Assembly: GCF_009834535.1 (NCBI RefSeq)
Contig: NC_045699.1
Coordinates: 59,024,001 to 59,088,000 of the forward strand
Length of the DNA: 64,000 nt
Origin: Camelus ferus
Taxonomy: Eukaryota
Direction of reading: 5' to 3'
How positions within the stretch are numbered: position 1 is the stretch's first letter; every line of letters starts with the position of its first letter. A program made the translations under genes and the position numbers. Shown one piece after another: positions 62,931-64,000 of this stretch. Under the pieces are notes generated by a model. The model had not been told where the DNA came from, made no database searches, and worked only from the letters and a program-made list of their open reading frames with translations.

Positions 62931-63445
62931 TGATAAGATATGAATGTATTTCCACTTCTCTTCCAGCTCATCTTCTCAAACAATAGCCATAACTGGAGAA
63001 AAAGCTCGTTATCAATTAATTGAATGCTTTTCCTCTGTTAACTCCTTTGATTAATTGCGTTGACCGTGTAGATAAGGAAAAAGCACAGAGATGTTAAGTA
63101 CTTTAACTCAAGGTTCCCTGGAAGGGATTCCAGCCCTAGAAGTCTGGCTCTTAAACCCTCAGGCTGAGCCATTAATTTATGCTACCTCTTGATCATTAAG
63201 ATTATCTAATATAAAAATGTGCACTCTCAAGAGCTGAACAGCCTCCTAGCAAACAGATAATGAGAACAGTTAACAATGCAAAGTGCAAAGGGAATCTTCA
63301 CATGACAAAAAGAATGGAGGGTCTCTTTGAGAAATGCTGTCTGAATTGTTTGTTTACAGATCATTAACTACTTAACAGAGGGAGAAACTGAATGCGACTT
63401 TTTCTTGGCTGTTACTGATTAAGTACCAAGGAGAAATTAAGATAA
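62931..63445. promoter_or_regulatory. Candidate GATA/homeodomain enhancer
   Basis: Six WGATAA sites and many TAAT cores in 515 bp with no recognisable repeat. Motif evidence only. Confidence 0.35.
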
Positions 63446-64000
63446 AGCAAATCTGAAATTACAATAATTTGTAAGGGACTGGATTTTCCATTTTAATTTG
63501 CCAGAAAGAAAGCTGAAATACTGTACGCCGGGTGTCCGCAGCTCCCCTCACAAGGCCTAGGGTTGCCTTCTCTGTCCTGGAGCAGCAGCCACAGGGGTCC
63601 TGCAAAGACAGCCAGAAGCAAACACGACCCATCTCACACTAGTTTTTGTCTGTTTTAAGCAACTGCTGCATACAAAGCTCTGTGCTAGGCAGGATGCAGT
63701 GGAAAAAGCCCTTCATTGGGGGACTTCAGAGGGCAGTGGTCATTAAAGATGTGCAGGGATTCATGTGAGGGGGCCCCAGGAGGAGCTGGAAAACCCCTGG
63801 TGTGGGGTGGTAAGTCTTTGAAAGCTTCCTGGACAGCTGGGCTCAGTAAGTCCAGGTGCAGGGGCTCTATCCTGTAAAGATCCAGAATGAGGGTTCTTTT
63901 GTGGGTACTGCGAGTAGGCCAGTCTGGAAACAGCTACCAGGGAAGTCACAAAATGACTGGGTGGGTGGTCATGATCCTATAGCGAGTCGTGGTTTCTGGG

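Larger units (their letters stand above)
1..64000 (+). other. PAPPA: PAPPA gene, internal part (end of intron 3 to within intron 9)
   Basis: Six exons splice in frame to pappalysin-1 sequence. Introns: 397-7670, 7864-14266, 14389-21677, 22177-47876, 48006-52978, 53071 to beyond 64000. Exon numbering is recalled from the human gene. Confidence 0.97.

Noticed and set aside
1-64000. CRISPR arrays, rRNA, tRNA, snoRNA/miRNA genes, NUMTs, processed pseudogenes, ERV internal genes
   Set aside because: None recognised by eye; small ncRNAs cannot be excluded without an Rfam/Infernal search.

Overview
Mammalian nuclear DNA, most likely a camelid (one full camelid-type tRNA-derived SINE). The window lies entirely inside the PAPPA gene (pappalysin-1, a secreted metzincin protease of IGF-binding proteins) on the + strand. 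Six coding exons (294, 193, 122, 499, 129 and 92 nt; exons 4-9 by recalled human numbering) have GT-AG boundaries and join in one open frame of 443 codons, about G542-D985 of the human preproprotein. They carry an intact [11 protein letters not shown] zinc motif, the Met-turn and the inhibitor-docking cysteine. The other ~98% is intron, rich in old MIR, L2, L1ME and hAT-Charlie repeats, with few young insertions and three assembly gaps. I cannot demonstrate a new biological system here. The best leads are: two GATA-rich candidate enhancers in intron 9; a CpG-island-like hAT transposase relic in intron 8; splice-relevant signals (NAGNAG acceptor and cryptic donor in exon 9, a MIR-derived in-frame 36-nt pseudoexon); an old local duplication in intron 6; and short AT-to-GC substitution bursts in old repeats. 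Repeat names and human comparisons come from memory, not database searches, and repeat boundaries are approximate.
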